DNA from: Myxococcales bacterium
GTDB taxonomy: Bacteria > Myxococcota_A > UBA9042
Direction of reading: 5' to 3'
DNA: 64,000 bases
NCBI GenBank assembly: GCA_037441385.1
Contig: JBBISH010000006.1
Span: forward strand, 1-64,000
Shown here: positions 30,177-40,100 of the stretch, in pieces
How the letters are laid out: every line of letters starts with the position of its first letter
Numbering within the stretch: the first letter of the stretch is position 1
Made by a program: the position numbers and the translations under genes
The notes under the pieces: generated by a model
The model's database searches: none
The model's input: the letters and a program-made list of their open reading frames with translations, nothing else
What the model was told of the DNA's origin: nothing

Positions 30177-33100
30177 TCAGGCGTCGGGGAGTGAGGTCGG
30201 CGTGGCCAGGTGCGCCATGTGCTCGTACAGCTTGAACCGCTTGTGCATCGCGGTGGCGTGCGCGGCGATCAGCTTGCCGTAGCGCACCGGGTCGGCCTGC
30301 TCGACCATCTTGAAGCGGGTCTCGTTGCCCACAAAGCTCTTGAGCTCGCCCTTGGGCGCGGTGGAGTCCAGATGCAGCGGCGCCTCGCCGTTCGCCACGT
30401 TGCGCGGGTCGTAGCGGTACAGCGGCCAATAGCCGGTCTGCACGGCGAGCTTTTGCTGCTCGGGGCCGTAGGCCAGGTCGTAGCCGTGGGCGATGCAGTG
30501 GCTGTAGGCGATGACGATCGACGGGCCGCGCCAAGCCTGCGCTTCCTGAATGGCCTTGACCGTCTGGGCATCGCGAGCGCCAAAGGCCACTTGCGCCACG
30601 TAGACGTTGCCGTAGCTCATGGCGATCATGCCCAAGTCCTTCTTGCCGCTGGACTTGCCGGCGGCGGCGAACTTGGCGGCGGCGCCCATCGGCGTCGACT
30701 TGCTGGCCTGGCCGCCGGTGTTCGAGTAGACCTCGGTGTCCAGCACCAGGATGTTGACGTCGGCGCCACTGGCGAGCACGTGATCCAGGCCGCCAAAACC
30801 GATGTCATAGGCCCAGCCGTCGCCGCCGACGATCCACACGACCCGCCGGACCAGGTGGTCGGCCAGGCTCAAAAGCCGCTGCGAAGCTGGGTCGTTGCGT
30901 CCTGCCAGCTTCTGCTTGAGCGCCTCGACCCGCGGCCGCTGGCGGGCGATCGCCGCCTCGTCGTCGGTGTCGCAGTCGGCCAGCAGACCTTCGGCCAGGT
31001 CGCCCAGGTCGCCCAGGTCGCCGGCCATGTCGCGCAGCAGACGCTGAGCCTCGGCCGCTTGCTGGCTGAGCGACAGGCGCATACCCAGACCGAACTCGGC
31101 GTTGTCTTCGAACAGGGAGTTGGCCCAGGCCGGGCCGCGGCCCTCGGCCGTCTGCGCGTACGGCGTGGTGGGCAAGTTGCCGCCGTAAATCGACGAGCAG
31201 CCCGTGGCGTTGGCGATGACGAGCCGATCGCCCGACAGCTGGGTGAGCAGCTTGAGGTACGGGGTCTCGCCGCAGCCCGAGCACGCGCCCGAGAATTCCA
31301 TCAGCGGTTCCAGCAACTGCGTGCCCTTGACGTCGGGCTTGGTCAGGCTGCGGTCCACCGGCGGCAGGGCCTTGAAGAAGTCGAAGTTCTCGCGCTCGCG
31401 TTCCAGGACGGGCTCGACCGGGTGCATGTCCAGCGCCTTGTGCGACGGGTTGCTCTTGTCCTTGGCGGGGCAAACCATCGCGCACACCGAGCAGCCGGTA
31501 CAGTCGTCTGGCGCGACCTGGATGACGTACTGGTAGCCGGCGAATTCCGGTCCCTTCCAGGCGATCGAGGCGAAGCCACCCGGCACCGCCACGCCCTTGG
31601 GATCGTAGACCGTGGCGCGGATGGCGGCGTGCGGGCAGACCAGCGCGCACTTGTTGCACTGGATGCACACGGCCGGATCCCACATCGGGATGTCGGTGGC
31701 GATGCCGCGCTTTTCCCACTTGCTCGTGGCGGTGGGCCAAGTGCCGTCGGCGGCGAACACGCTGACCGGCAACGTATCGCCCCGCGCCGCGAGCATGGTC
31801 GCCGTGACGCGTTGCACAAAATCGGGCGCCTCGACCGGTACGACCGGCGGGCGGCGGCGCAGCGCGGTCGCGCCCCCCGGCACATGCACCGGGAACAGCT
31901 GGGCCAGCGTGTCGTCGACCGCGGCAAAGTTGCGGGCGACGATGTGCGAACCCTTCTTGCCGTAGGTCTTTTCGATCGACTTCTTGATGCGCTCGATCGC
32001 CTCGTCGCGCGGCAGCACGCCCGAGATGGCAAAGAAGCAAGTCTGCATCACGGTGTTGATGCGCTTGCCCATGTCATTCTTGCGAGCGACTTCCAACGCA
32101 TTGATCGTAAAGAGCTTCAGCCCCTTGCTCAACACCTGCTCCTGCACCTCGATCGGCAGGTGGTCGAACAGCTCGTTGGGACCGTGCGGGCTGTTGATCA
32201 GGACCGTGGCGCCCACCGCCGCGTGCTCGAGCATGTCCAGCTTCTCAAAGAAGTTCCACTGGTGCACGGCCACGAAGTTGGCGCTGCGGATCTGGTAGGT
32301 CGAGCGGATCGGCCGCGGCCCAAAGCGCATGTGCGAGGTGGTCACCGTGCCCGACTTCTTGCTGTCGTACACAAAGTAACCCTGCGCATACTGGTCGGTT
32401 TCCTCGCCAATGATCTTGATCGAATTCTTGTTGGCGCCCACCGTGCCGTCGGCGCCCAGACCGTAGAACATGGCGCGCACGACGTCGGCGGGCTCCAGGT
32501 CGAACTCGGGGTCCACGGCCAGCGACTTGAAGGTCACGTCGTCGACGATGCCCACAGTGAAATGATTGAGCTTCTTAGACTTCTTGAGCTCGTCGTACAC
32601 GGCCTTGACGTGGGCCGGCGCAAATTCCTTGCTGGACAGGCCGTAGCGGCCGCCGATGACCAGCGGGTTCAGACTGGTCTCGCCGTCGGCGCGAGCTTCG
32701 TGCAGGGCGGTCAGGATGTCTTGGTACAGCGGTTCGCCGGCCGCGCCGGGCTCCTTGGTCCGGTCGAGCACCGCGATCGCTTGGGTCGTGGCCGGTAGAG
32801 CCTGCAGCAGCGCCGCGCGATCGAACGGGCGGAACAAGCGCACCCGCACCAGACCGACCTTCTCGCCCTGGGCGACCAAGTGCTCGACCGCTTCTTCCGC
32901 AGCCTCGGCGCCCGAGCCCATCATCACGATGACCCGCTCGGCATCCGCCGCGCCCACGTAGTCGAACAGCTTGTACTTGCGACCGGATTGTGCGCCAAAC
33001 AGGTCCATGACCTCTTGGACCACGCCGGCGCAGCGGTCGTAGAACGGGTTGCACGCTTCGCGCGCCTGGAAGAAGACGTCGGGGTTCTGCGCCGAGCCGC

Positions 33101-33758
33101 GCAGCACCGGGTGATCGGGAGACAAACCGCGCGAGCGCTGCTGAGCGATCAATTCGGGGGGCACGAGCGCGTGCAGCACGGCGTCGGGCAACACCTTGAT
33201 CTTCTGCAGCTCGTGCGACGTGCGGAAGCCGTCAAAGAAGTGCAAGAACGGAATGCGCGTGCGCAGCGTGGCCGCGTGCGAAATCAGCGCAAAGTCGTGG
33301 GCTTCCTGCACCGAGCCGCTGCACAGCATGGCAAAACCGGTTTGCCGGCAGGCCATCACGTCGCCGTGATCGCCAAAGATCGACAGGGCGTGGGTCGCCA
33401 GCGTGCGCGCCGTCACGTGCATGGTGAATGGCGTCAATTCACCAGCGATCTTGTACATGTTGGGGATCATGAGCAGCAGGCCCTGCGACGCCGTGAAGGT
33501 CGTCGTGGGCGAGCCCGCCTGCAGCGAACCGTGGACCGCACCCGCCGCGCCGCCTTCGGACTGCATCTCCACGACGGTGGGCACCGTGCCCCAAAGATTC
33601 GGCTTGCCGTGCGCAGCCCAGTCGTCACTCAGCTCGCCCATGCCCGAAGAGGGCGTGATCGGGTAGATGGCGATCACTTCGCTCAATTTGTACGCCACCA
33701 GTGCCGCGGCTTCGTTGCCGTCCAAGATGGCGACAGGGCTCAAGGTCTTATCGGACAT
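30177..33758 (-). CDS. nifJ: Pyruvate:ferredoxin/flavodoxin oxidoreductase
   Basis: DGNEAAA, YPITPSS, EMQSEGGAAG, two CxxCxxCxxxCP ferredoxin motifs, GACSGCGETPY, GGDGWAYDIG; GAGG RBS before MSDK. Confidence 0.97.
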   Translation of the reverse strand: MSDKTLSPVAILDGNEAAALVAYKLSEVIAIYPITPSSGMGELSDDWAAHGKPNLWGTVPTVVEMQSEGGAAGAVHGSLQAGSPTTTFTASQGLLLMIPNMYKIAGELTPFTMHVTARTLATHALSIFGDHGDVMACRQTGFAMLCSGSVQEAHDFALISHAATLRTRIPFLHFFDGFRTSHELQKIKVLPDAVLHALVPPELIAQQRSRGLSPDHPVLRGSAQNPDVFFQAREACNPFYDRCAGVVQEVMDLFGAQSGRKYKLFDYVGAADAERVIVMMGSGAEAAEEAVEHLVAQGEKVGLVRVRLFRPFDRAALLQALPATTQAIAVLDRTKEPGAAGEPLYQDILTALHEARADGETSLNPLVIGGRYGLSSKEFAPAHVKAVYDELKKSKKLNHFTVGIVDDVTFKSLAVDPEFDLEPADVVRAMFYGLGADGTVGANKNSIKIIGEETDQYAQGYFVYDSKKSGTVTTSHMRFGPRPIRSTYQIRSANFVAVHQWNFFEKLDMLEHAAVGATVLINSPHGPNELFDHLPIEVQEQVLSKGLKLFTINALEVARKNDMGKRINTVMQTCFFAISGVLPRDEAIERIKKSIEKTYGKKGSHIVARNFAAVDDTLAQLFPVHVPGGATALRRRPPVVPVEAPDFVQRVTATMLAARGDTLPVSVFAADGTWPTATSKWEKRGIATDIPMWDPAVCIQCNKCALVCPHAAIRATVYDPKGVAVPGGFASIAWKGPEFAGYQYVIQVAPDDCTGCSVCAMVCPAKDKSNPSHKALDMHPVEPVLERERENFDFFKALPPVDRSLTKPDVKGTQLLEPLMEFSGACSGCGETPYLKLLTQLSGDRLVIANATGCSSIYGGNLPTTPYAQTAEGRGPAWANSLFEDNAEFGLGMRLSLSQQAAEAQRLLRDMAGDLGDLGDLAEGLLADCDTDDEAAIARQRPRVEALKQKLAGRNDPASQRLLSLADHLVRRVVWIVGGDGWAYDIGFGGLDHVLASGADVNILVLDTEVYSNTGGQASKSTPMGAAAKFAAAGKSSGKKDLGMIAMSYGNVYVAQVAFGARDAQTVKAIQEAQAWRGPSIVIAYSHCIAHGYDLAYGPEQQKLAVQTGYWPLYRYDPRNVANGEAPLHLDSTAPKGELKSFVGNETRFKMVEQADPVRYGKLIAAHATAMHKRFKLYEHMAHLATPTSLPDA

Positions 33759-33844
33759 CGGAAATTCCTCGCAAATGGGCGCCCTGGTGTGCAAGGCGCG
33801 GCCAGCATCCTACTCAATTTGGCGGGCGCAATGTCATCGCATGA

Positions 33845-33975
33845 TACGCACCCCACCTGATTCACGCCTGTACGGCTTCCCGGACCCGCTGTGCAACTGA
33901 CGAGAATCAGGCGGGGACCCCGGTTCGGGCCCGAAGAATTGCCGAATTTTCGATCCGATTTGGACGGAACGGGTA
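33845..33975 (+). mobile_element. Family B element copy 4
   Basis: 131 bp, TA ends, in the divergent nifJ/thioesterase intergenic region. Confidence 0.75.
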
Positions 33976-34075
33976 TCGCAACGTTGCAGGGCCGCAGCCG
34001 GCTTTGGTGTCGCGATCACTGCGACTTGACGGCGATCGGCGATGCGGCAAGATGCGCGGCGTTGGGAGGACCGCC

Positions 34076-34519
34076 ATGTTCGACTTTCTGGATCCCGGCT
34101 GGACGACCACCTACCGCGGCGTGGTCACCGCGTGGGACTGCGACCACGTCGGCCACCTGAACATCGCCCACTACGTGTCGCGCTTCGACGAGAGCCACTG
34201 GCCCTTTTTTGGCGAAGTCGGCCTGACGCCAGCCTTTCTTCGCAGCGCGGGCTGCGGCATGGCCGCGGTGGAGCAGCACATTCGCTACCTGAAAGAAGTC
34301 CGCGCCGGCGATACCGTGGCGATTCGGTCGCGGGTGGTGGCGATCCGCAACAAAGTGCTGCTCAGCGAGCACGTCCTGGTCGACGACGCCACCGGCGAGG
34401 CCTGCGCGCACGAAGAAATCACGTGTGCGTTCTTGGACTTAACCGCTCGACGCGCGGTCGCCTTCCCGCCCGAGATCGTGGCCCAGGTGCAGGCGCGCCT
34501 GGGGCAGACACGGCCTTGA
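34076..34519 (+). CDS. 4HBT-like acyl-CoA thioesterase
   Basis: WDCDHVGHLNIAHYV, IRYLKEV..GD; GGGAGG RBS. Confidence 0.85.
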   Translation: MFDFLDPGWTTTYRGVVTAWDCDHVGHLNIAHYVSRFDESHWPFFGEVGLTPAFLRSAGCGMAAVEQHIRYLKEVRAGDTVAIRSRVVAIRNKVLLSEHVLVDDATGEACAHEEITCAFLDLTARRAVAFPPEIVAQVQARLGQTRP

Positions 34520-34525
34520 GTAGGG

Positions 34526-36439
34526 CTACAGGTACAGACTCCACCAGCGCAGCGTCGTCAACGCACCGAACACGTGCACTGTGCGCACCGGCCGACGTGG
34601 ATCGTATTTTGCCAGCAATTCGCCGTGATTACCTTGCTCTCGGCCCACTGCCGCGATGGCGCTGCGGAAATCGCCGGCCAGGCGGCGCAGGTGATCTCCA
34701 CCAAAGAACTCAAGGGCTTGCGGCGGTGCCAGCGTCAGTTCCTGCTCCAACCGGTCGACCAGGGCCAGCGGGTAGTCCAGGGTCGCCGGCGTGGGCATCG
34801 GCGCCTTGATCCGCTGCTCGCCCACCGACTTGGGCAGGCGGCGGCGGGCCAGGCTGCGCTCGATCGCCTTGTCGGGCAGGCCCTGGAACCCCGGGAAATT
34901 CCACTCGGGCGGCATGCGCAGGGCGATCTGCACCACCTCGTTCACCAAGAACGGAAAGCGCGCCTCGATCGACCAGGCCATGCCAAAGCGGTCGTTGTCG
35001 GCCAGCAGCCAGTGCAGGAACGTATGCGTGTACCAGGCTTGCACGGCGCGCACGCGGTCCGCGGGGCTGTGCCAGTAGGGCGCGAGCCAGCGCTCGACGG
35101 CGTCGTCTACGGCTTGATCCACCGCCGCCCAGTCCAGCAGCCCGCGTTGCTGCGCCGGACCCAGCAGTTCTTGGGTGCGCTCCAGCTTGCTGCGCCAAAG
35201 AGCTTTGAAATCACTGGGAGACTGTAGCGCTGGGCCACCTGGCTGCCAGCCGGCAAAGCGCGGGTAGTAGCCAAAAAACAGCTCGTCCGCGCCCTCGCCG
35301 CTCAAGGCCACCTTGCAGCCCGCATCGCGCAAAGTCTTGAAATTGGCCATCATGCCCAGCTTGCGCGGCTCCCAGCACGGTTCGTCAAAGGCCCGCACCA
35401 ACGGGTCGATACCGTGCAGCCAGGTCGGCAGCGGCAGGTGGGTCCAGCGGTGCTCCAAGTGGGTGCGGCCGGCGGCACGGAGGTGGTCGGCGACCTCGCG
35501 GGCGGCGCGGGCGTCATCGTCGCCGTGGTCGGCGCGGTAGGTGATGGTCGCCGCCGGCAGGATTTCGCTAGAGGTGGCCAGCAGCTCTGCGGTAATCAAG
35601 CTGGAGTCCAGCCCGCCCGACAGGCACGCCCCCAGCTTGGCCTGACCCATGCGCGTGGCCCGAACTGCCTGCGAAAACGCCGCCTCCAACGCGTCTTCGG
35701 CTTCGCGCGGGCTGGCAAAAGGCGCCTGCACGCCATCCAGCAGGTGCCACCAGCGGCCGGTCCGCAGCGAGCCGGCGCCTTGGGCCGGGCTGAACGACAG
35801 CCACGTGGCGGGCAGCAGGGCCGACAGGCCCGCAAATGCCGTGCGCTCGCCCAGGCCGCACCCCGACGGGAAGCCGGCACCCACCGCAAAGATCTCGGCC
35901 AGCCCCTGCGGATCCAGCTGACCGCGACCGCCGCTCAGGGCCAACAACCCCTTGGGTTCACTTGCAAAGACCAGGCCCTGGCCGCGCATCTGCCAATACA
36001 GGGGCTTGATGCCCAGGCGGTCGCGCACCAGCAGCAGCTCGCCGCCCAGCGCGTCCCACAGGGCGTAGGCAAACATGCCGTCGAACCGCTCGCAGGCGCG
36101 GCGCCCCCAGCGCGCATGAGCGGCCAGCACCACCTCGGCGTCGCCGTGGCTGCGGAAGTGCCAGTCTTCGCGCTCGAGTTGGTCACGCAACTCAAGGTAA
36201 TTGTAGATCTCGCCGTTGTAGGTCAGCCACCAGCGCCCATCCTTGCTGTGCAGGGGCTGCTGGCTGTGCTCCACGTCGACGATGGCCAGGCGGGCGCTAC
36301 CTAGCGTCGCCGCCCCCGCGCTGGTCAGTTGCTGCTGATCGGGTCCGCGGTGCCACAGGGCTCGCAGCATCGCCTGCACTTGCGTGTGCCGGTCCTCGCC
36401 AGGCAAACCAAGGTCCACGACGCCCGCAATCCCGCACAT
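34526..36439 (-). CDS. asnB: Asparagine synthase (glutamine-hydrolysing)-family amidotransferase
   Basis: MCGIAG, HRGPD, NGEIYN, RDRLGIKPLY, LSGGLDSS, SGEGADELF.GY, EARFPFL. Confidence 0.9.
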   Translation of the reverse strand: MCGIAGVVDLGLPGEDRHTQVQAMLRALWHRGPDQQQLTSAGAATLGSARLAIVDVEHSQQPLHSKDGRWWLTYNGEIYNYLELRDQLEREDWHFRSHGDAEVVLAAHARWGRRACERFDGMFAYALWDALGGELLLVRDRLGIKPLYWQMRGQGLVFASEPKGLLALSGGRGQLDPQGLAEIFAVGAGFPSGCGLGERTAFAGLSALLPATWLSFSPAQGAGSLRTGRWWHLLDGVQAPFASPREAEDALEAAFSQAVRATRMGQAKLGACLSGGLDSSLITAELLATSSEILPAATITYRADHGDDDARAAREVADHLRAAGRTHLEHRWTHLPLPTWLHGIDPLVRAFDEPCWEPRKLGMMANFKTLRDAGCKVALSGEGADELFFGYYPRFAGWQPGGPALQSPSDFKALWRSKLERTQELLGPAQQRGLLDWAAVDQAVDDAVERWLAPYWHSPADRVRAVQAWYTHTFLHWLLADNDRFGMAWSIEARFPFLVNEVVQIALRMPPEWNFPGFQGLPDKAIERSLARRRLPKSVGEQRIKAPMPTPATLDYPLALVDRLEQELTLAPPQALEFFGGDHLRRLAGDFRSAIAAVGREQGNHGELLAKYDPRRPVRTVHVFGALTTLRWWSLYL

Positions 36440-36479
36440 TTTTCCCCGCTTTGCCGGTCCTTGCGCGCCGTTGCCGTAC

Positions 36480-37538
36480 TCAGCGCGCCCAGCAGGCCGG
36501 CACGCAGTAGCGCGAGTGGCCCGAGTTTTCGCCACCGCCGCTCAGGTTGAAGTCCACGTCCACGCACAGGGCGTTCTTGCCGCAATCGTTGTCGTTTTGG
36601 CAGCCGGTGGTGCAGACGTCGGGCTTGCGGGTCACGCCCGCCAACTGCCGGCCGCATTGCTTGGCCCCGGCGTTGCCGGCGCAGTCGGCGTCTGTCTGGC
36701 AGCGCACGCCGACGCCGAGCGGATTGCCTTTGGGCACCACCCCGTTCTCGGCCTCACACCGATCTAGCTGCGCCGGCTGTTCTTTCCAGGCCCGGTGCTG
36801 CGGCTCGGGGCAGCGTGGCCAGCAGAGCGAAAACGTCTTGAGCGGCCACTGGTAGCCGCAGTAGCCGTAGCTGCCGCAGGTCGACTCGGCCCAGCACTCG
36901 CGCTCGCAAAAGTCTGGGCCGTCGGGGTTGAAGGTGGCCTGGCACGACTGGGCGCGCTTGCCTTTGCAGGTCTCGCCGTGCTTTTCGCGCGACTGCTTGT
37001 CGCAGCGCAGGCCGTACGCCTCGTCTGAAAAGGCGAAGCCACCCGCGCAGATCGCCGCGCCAAGGTGCTTGGGTTCGTCGCCGGCCGCGGGTCGCTCGGC
37101 GCGCAGGTCGCGGCAGTAGGGGTTGTCCTTCTCGCAGCCCGGTGTGTACTTCCAGGCCGTGCAGACGCTGGGGTAGCAGTGGCGCACGCCGTTGACGATG
37201 CCGCAGTAGGCGTTGGGGCCGCAGTCGGTGTCGTCGTCGCACATGCGCGAACACATCGGGGGCCGGCGCGGATTGACCAGGATGTCGCAGAAGTTGGCCC
37301 ACAAGCCCGCGCAATCCTCGCGCTTTTGGCACGGCTTGCCCACGCCCTTGTCGTTGACCTGGCCCGGAGCGCACTGGTTGCCGGCAAAATTGGCGTTGCC
37401 TTCCTTTTTGTGGGCCGCTTCGCGCTCTTCGGCCTCTTCGTCTTCGAGCCACGCGTGCGGACCCGTGCACGCGCTTGCGAGCGCAGCCAGGGCCGCGGCC
37501 GTGGCCAGCCAAAACGGCACGCGACCGTGCACTTGCAT
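36480..37538 (-). CDS. Cys-rich lipoprotein with three 10-Cys modules
   Basis: ASAC lipobox; GVG-x-x-C repeats; GGGG RBS before MQVHG. Confidence 0.75.
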   Translation of the reverse strand: MQVHGRVPFWLATAAALAALASACTGPHAWLEDEEAEEREAAHKKEGNANFAGNQCAPGQVNDKGVGKPCQKREDCAGLWANFCDILVNPRRPPMCSRMCDDDTDCGPNAYCGIVNGVRHCYPSVCTAWKYTPGCEKDNPYCRDLRAERPAAGDEPKHLGAAICAGGFAFSDEAYGLRCDKQSREKHGETCKGKRAQSCQATFNPDGPDFCERECWAESTCGSYGYCGYQWPLKTFSLCWPRCPEPQHRAWKEQPAQLDRCEAENGVVPKGNPLGVGVRCQTDADCAGNAGAKQCGRQLAGVTRKPDVCTTGCQNDNDCGKNALCVDVDFNLSGGGENSGHSRYCVPACWAR

Positions 37539-37561
37539 GGTGTCACCCCAGGGAGTTTGGA

Positions 37562-38278
37562 TCACGGCGCGGTGGTCGGCGTCGGCGCTGCCGCGACTCG
37601 GCACGCCAGCGGGGCGCACGAGGCCACCACGATTTCTTGGCCGTGCTCTTCGACTTTGCGCCGCCAGCAGAACGCGCCGCCGCCGCAGTCGCCGTCTTCT
37701 TTGCAGAGCATCGAGCAGTAGCCTGGCTTCTTGGGGTCCACGGCGCGCGGGCAGAAGTGCGCGGCCTTGGTGTCGCGGCAGTCGTCGTGTTTGGCGCAGA
37801 CCTTGCCCACGCCCAGGTCGGTGGCGCCGGCGGTGCAGTCGACGTTGACCTGCACGTCGGTCGCCAGCGGTTGCGCCAGGGTGGTGGCGCAGGCGTTGGG
37901 GACGCACAGCGAGCCACCGGTGCCGCGCGGGACGCAGGTTGCGCCGTCGCCGCACTCGGCCGGGTCGGCGCCGCTGCAGGCGCGGGTGCAGAAGTCGAAG
38001 CCCTTGGGGTCGCGCGAGCGCGGGCAGTCGATGGCCAGCTGGCCCTTGCAGTTCTCTTGCTTGTCGCAGGGTTTGCCCACGCCCAGTGCGTTGGCGGTGC
38101 CGGGGCAGACGGTCGAGGTGGTCGGCGCCGGCAGCTCAGCGGGCTTATCCACCGGCGCAGCGGTCGCCGCCGGGGCCGCAGCGGGCGCCGGAGCCGGAAC
38201 CTCTTTCTTGCCACAGGCCGCGACTGTCACCAGCGCCGCCAGGGCGCCCATCGCCATCCACGCTTTGTTGAGTTGCAT
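37562..38278 (-). CDS. Cys-rich lipoprotein with two 10-Cys modules (paralog of the preceding gene)
   Basis: VAAC lipobox, Ala/Pro linker, LGVGKPC / LGVGKVC modules; AGGAGG RBS. Confidence 0.8.
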   Translation of the reverse strand: MQLNKAWMAMGALAALVTVAACGKKEVPAPAPAAAPAATAAPVDKPAELPAPTTSTVCPGTANALGVGKPCDKQENCKGQLAIDCPRSRDPKGFDFCTRACSGADPAECGDGATCVPRGTGGSLCVPNACATTLAQPLATDVQVNVDCTAGATDLGVGKVCAKHDDCRDTKAAHFCPRAVDPKKPGYCSMLCKEDGDCGGGAFCWRRKVEEHGQEIVVASCAPLACRVAAAPTPTTAP

Positions 38279-38335
38279 GATCGACCTCCTGGCGGCGACA
38301 TTAACACCAACACGGCAGCGGCGCCATGCCCCGAA

Positions 38336-38365
38336 TTGTCAATTCTGACAAAAACCTGTCGACAG
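38336..38365. promoter_or_regulatory. Tandem palindromes, putative regulator binding sites
   Basis: TTGTCA-ATTC-TGACAA (38336-38351) and CTGTCGACAG (38356-38365) upstream of the lipoprotein-asnB unit. Confidence 0.45.
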
Positions 38366-38403
38366 AGTGACGGCGGGCGGGGGACGCTTCAGGCCAAAAA
38401 GAA

Positions 38404-39900
38404 CTAGGCGCAAAGCGAAGTTGCGGGCAGTTCGTAGCTGCCGCGCCGCAAGTTCGCCAGCACTTCGCGCAACAGACCCGTGGGCACTTCGCTGAAGTTG
38501 AACCGCTCGGGCACCGCAAAGAAGTTGAAGCCGCGATCAATCCAGCTGCGGAACAGCGCTTCGTCAAAGCGGCCGGCGGCAATCGCTTCGCGGTAGTAGG
38601 GCGTGCCGGGCAGGTACAGCAGGTTGGACCAGCTGGCGGCGTCGATGAGCCCGCGCTGCAACCAGTTGTCGATTTGCCGCACGTCGTGGAACAGCTCGGC
38701 CACGGTCTGGCCCGGAAAGCCCGTCATCATGTACAGGTGCACCTTGAAGCCGGCTTGCCGCAGGGCCCGCCACAGCCCCTCGACCTGCTCCATCGTGTAG
38801 CGCTTGAACAGCTTCTTGTCGTCAAAGTGCGGCGAAAACGTCTCGAGCGAGATGGTGATGAGGTCGGTGCCGGCGCGCCGCAGCAGCTCGATGTGCTCCA
38901 CGTCGGGCTCTTTGCCGTTCATGTAGGTGGGCAAGAACGTGGAGTTTGGGTTGGTCAGCACCAACTCGCCGCCCACGTGGTCGCGGAAATCGGCGATCTT
39001 GCGCACCAGCTTGCGATCCTCGGGGTCCAGGCAGAAGTTTTCGCTGATGTTGTAAAAGATCCGTGCGCCGCGCTCGTGCAGCATGGCGATGTCGTCGAAC
39101 AGGCGGTCCACACCCACCGGCCGCATGTCTGGGGTAAAGTGCGAGCCGCAAAACCGGCAGGCCAGCGGGCAGCCGCGCGTCGGCAGCAAAGGCGCCGAGC
39201 GCAGGGCCGTAGCCGTCTGTTTGTACAGGTGATCCTTGGGCGATCCGTGGAGGATCACCTCTTTGTAGCGCCAGTCGCCGCTCGGCTTCCACAGCACCTG
39301 GTCCCACGCGAAGCGCCCACCCAGCTTGGCTTCGGGCCACGCCTTGGGGCTGGCGGGCTCCAGGTGGCCGGCGCGAAAGACGCCAGGAATCGAGCCGATG
39401 TCTTGATCACTTTGGCCGCTGAGGGCCCGCAGCAGCGCGACCAAGGTCTGCTCGCCCTCGCCTTGGATCAGCCAGTCCACCGCCGGGTTGCCCAAGTGCC
39501 AGTGGGGCATGAGCGACGCGTGGCGGCCGCCCAGGATCAGGGTCGCGCGCGGCAGGGTCCGCTTGACCAGGCTGGCCATGTGGTCCGTGGCCGGAAAGTC
39601 GCTGGTAAACATGGAGGTGAGCAGCACCACTTCGGGCGCCACGTCCTCTAGCCAAGCCGAAACGTCGGCGTCGTCCATGCCCTTGTAGAACAAATTGTCG
39701 TTCCACGGGCGGACCTTGTCGCCGTCCTCGCATGCCACGTCCAGGAAGTGCAGGTCCTGGTAACCGGCGTCCAGCAGAGCGCCCAAAATCGCCAGCCCGG
39801 TGGTCGACACGTTGAAGCTGTGCAGCGCGTCCAAGGCATCGCGCGGAACCAGTTGGCCCGGCTGAAGAAAGGCGACGCGCGGGTTGCGAGAAACGGGCAT
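38404..39900 (-). CDS. Cobalamin-binding radical SAM enzyme
   Basis: B12-binding region (ILGGRHAS...IQGEGE), TRGCPLACRFC CxxxCxxC motif, MTGFPGQT, LPGTPYY. Confidence 0.88.
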   Translation of the reverse strand: MPVSRNPRVAFLQPGQLVPRDALDALHSFNVSTTGLAILGALLDAGYQDLHFLDVACEDGDKVRPWNDNLFYKGMDDADVSAWLEDVAPEVVLLTSMFTSDFPATDHMASLVKRTLPRATLILGGRHASLMPHWHLGNPAVDWLIQGEGEQTLVALLRALSGQSDQDIGSIPGVFRAGHLEPASPKAWPEAKLGGRFAWDQVLWKPSGDWRYKEVILHGSPKDHLYKQTATALRSAPLLPTRGCPLACRFCGSHFTPDMRPVGVDRLFDDIAMLHERGARIFYNISENFCLDPEDRKLVRKIADFRDHVGGELVLTNPNSTFLPTYMNGKEPDVEHIELLRRAGTDLITISLETFSPHFDDKKLFKRYTMEQVEGLWRALRQAGFKVHLYMMTGFPGQTVAELFHDVRQIDNWLQRGLIDAASWSNLLYLPGTPYYREAIAAGRFDEALFRSWIDRGFNFFAVPERFNFSEVPTGLLREVLANLRRGSYELPATSLCA

Positions 39901-40100
39901 GTCGGGTCACTCCAGCAGCGGCCTGCAGCCTTGGATGATACGGGGCGAGAGCGTGCCGCACAATCAACGCGCGGCCGTTCCAAACAGTTATGCAGACTTG
40001 CCAGCAGGCGCGCGCCACGCGGCCCGCCAGGCCGCTACTTGACAAGCGCAGCGCCGGCACCTTGCATGCGCGGACCGGCCGACTGCCGGGCGAGACCGAC

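Noticed and set aside
30210..32798. 862-aa plus-strand ORF, and similar long ORFs at 11306-13657, 16460-18580, 23715-25508, 53981-56443 and 59236-62478
   Set aside because: Antisense mirror frames of well-supported genes, expected with high-GC codon bias; no motifs.
33910..33935. GGTTCG in the element B core resembling a tRNA T-loop
   Set aside because: No cloverleaf, anticodon arm or CCA end, and the stem is only 3 bp.
33836..33980. ATCGCA direct repeat flanking element B copy 4 as a 6-bp target duplication
   Set aside because: Not reproduced at the other three copies and it overlaps the conserved end; likely chance.
34526..36439. Lasso peptide cyclase
   Set aside because: Intact Cys2 glutaminase domain, and no lasso peptidase, RRE or precursor seen.
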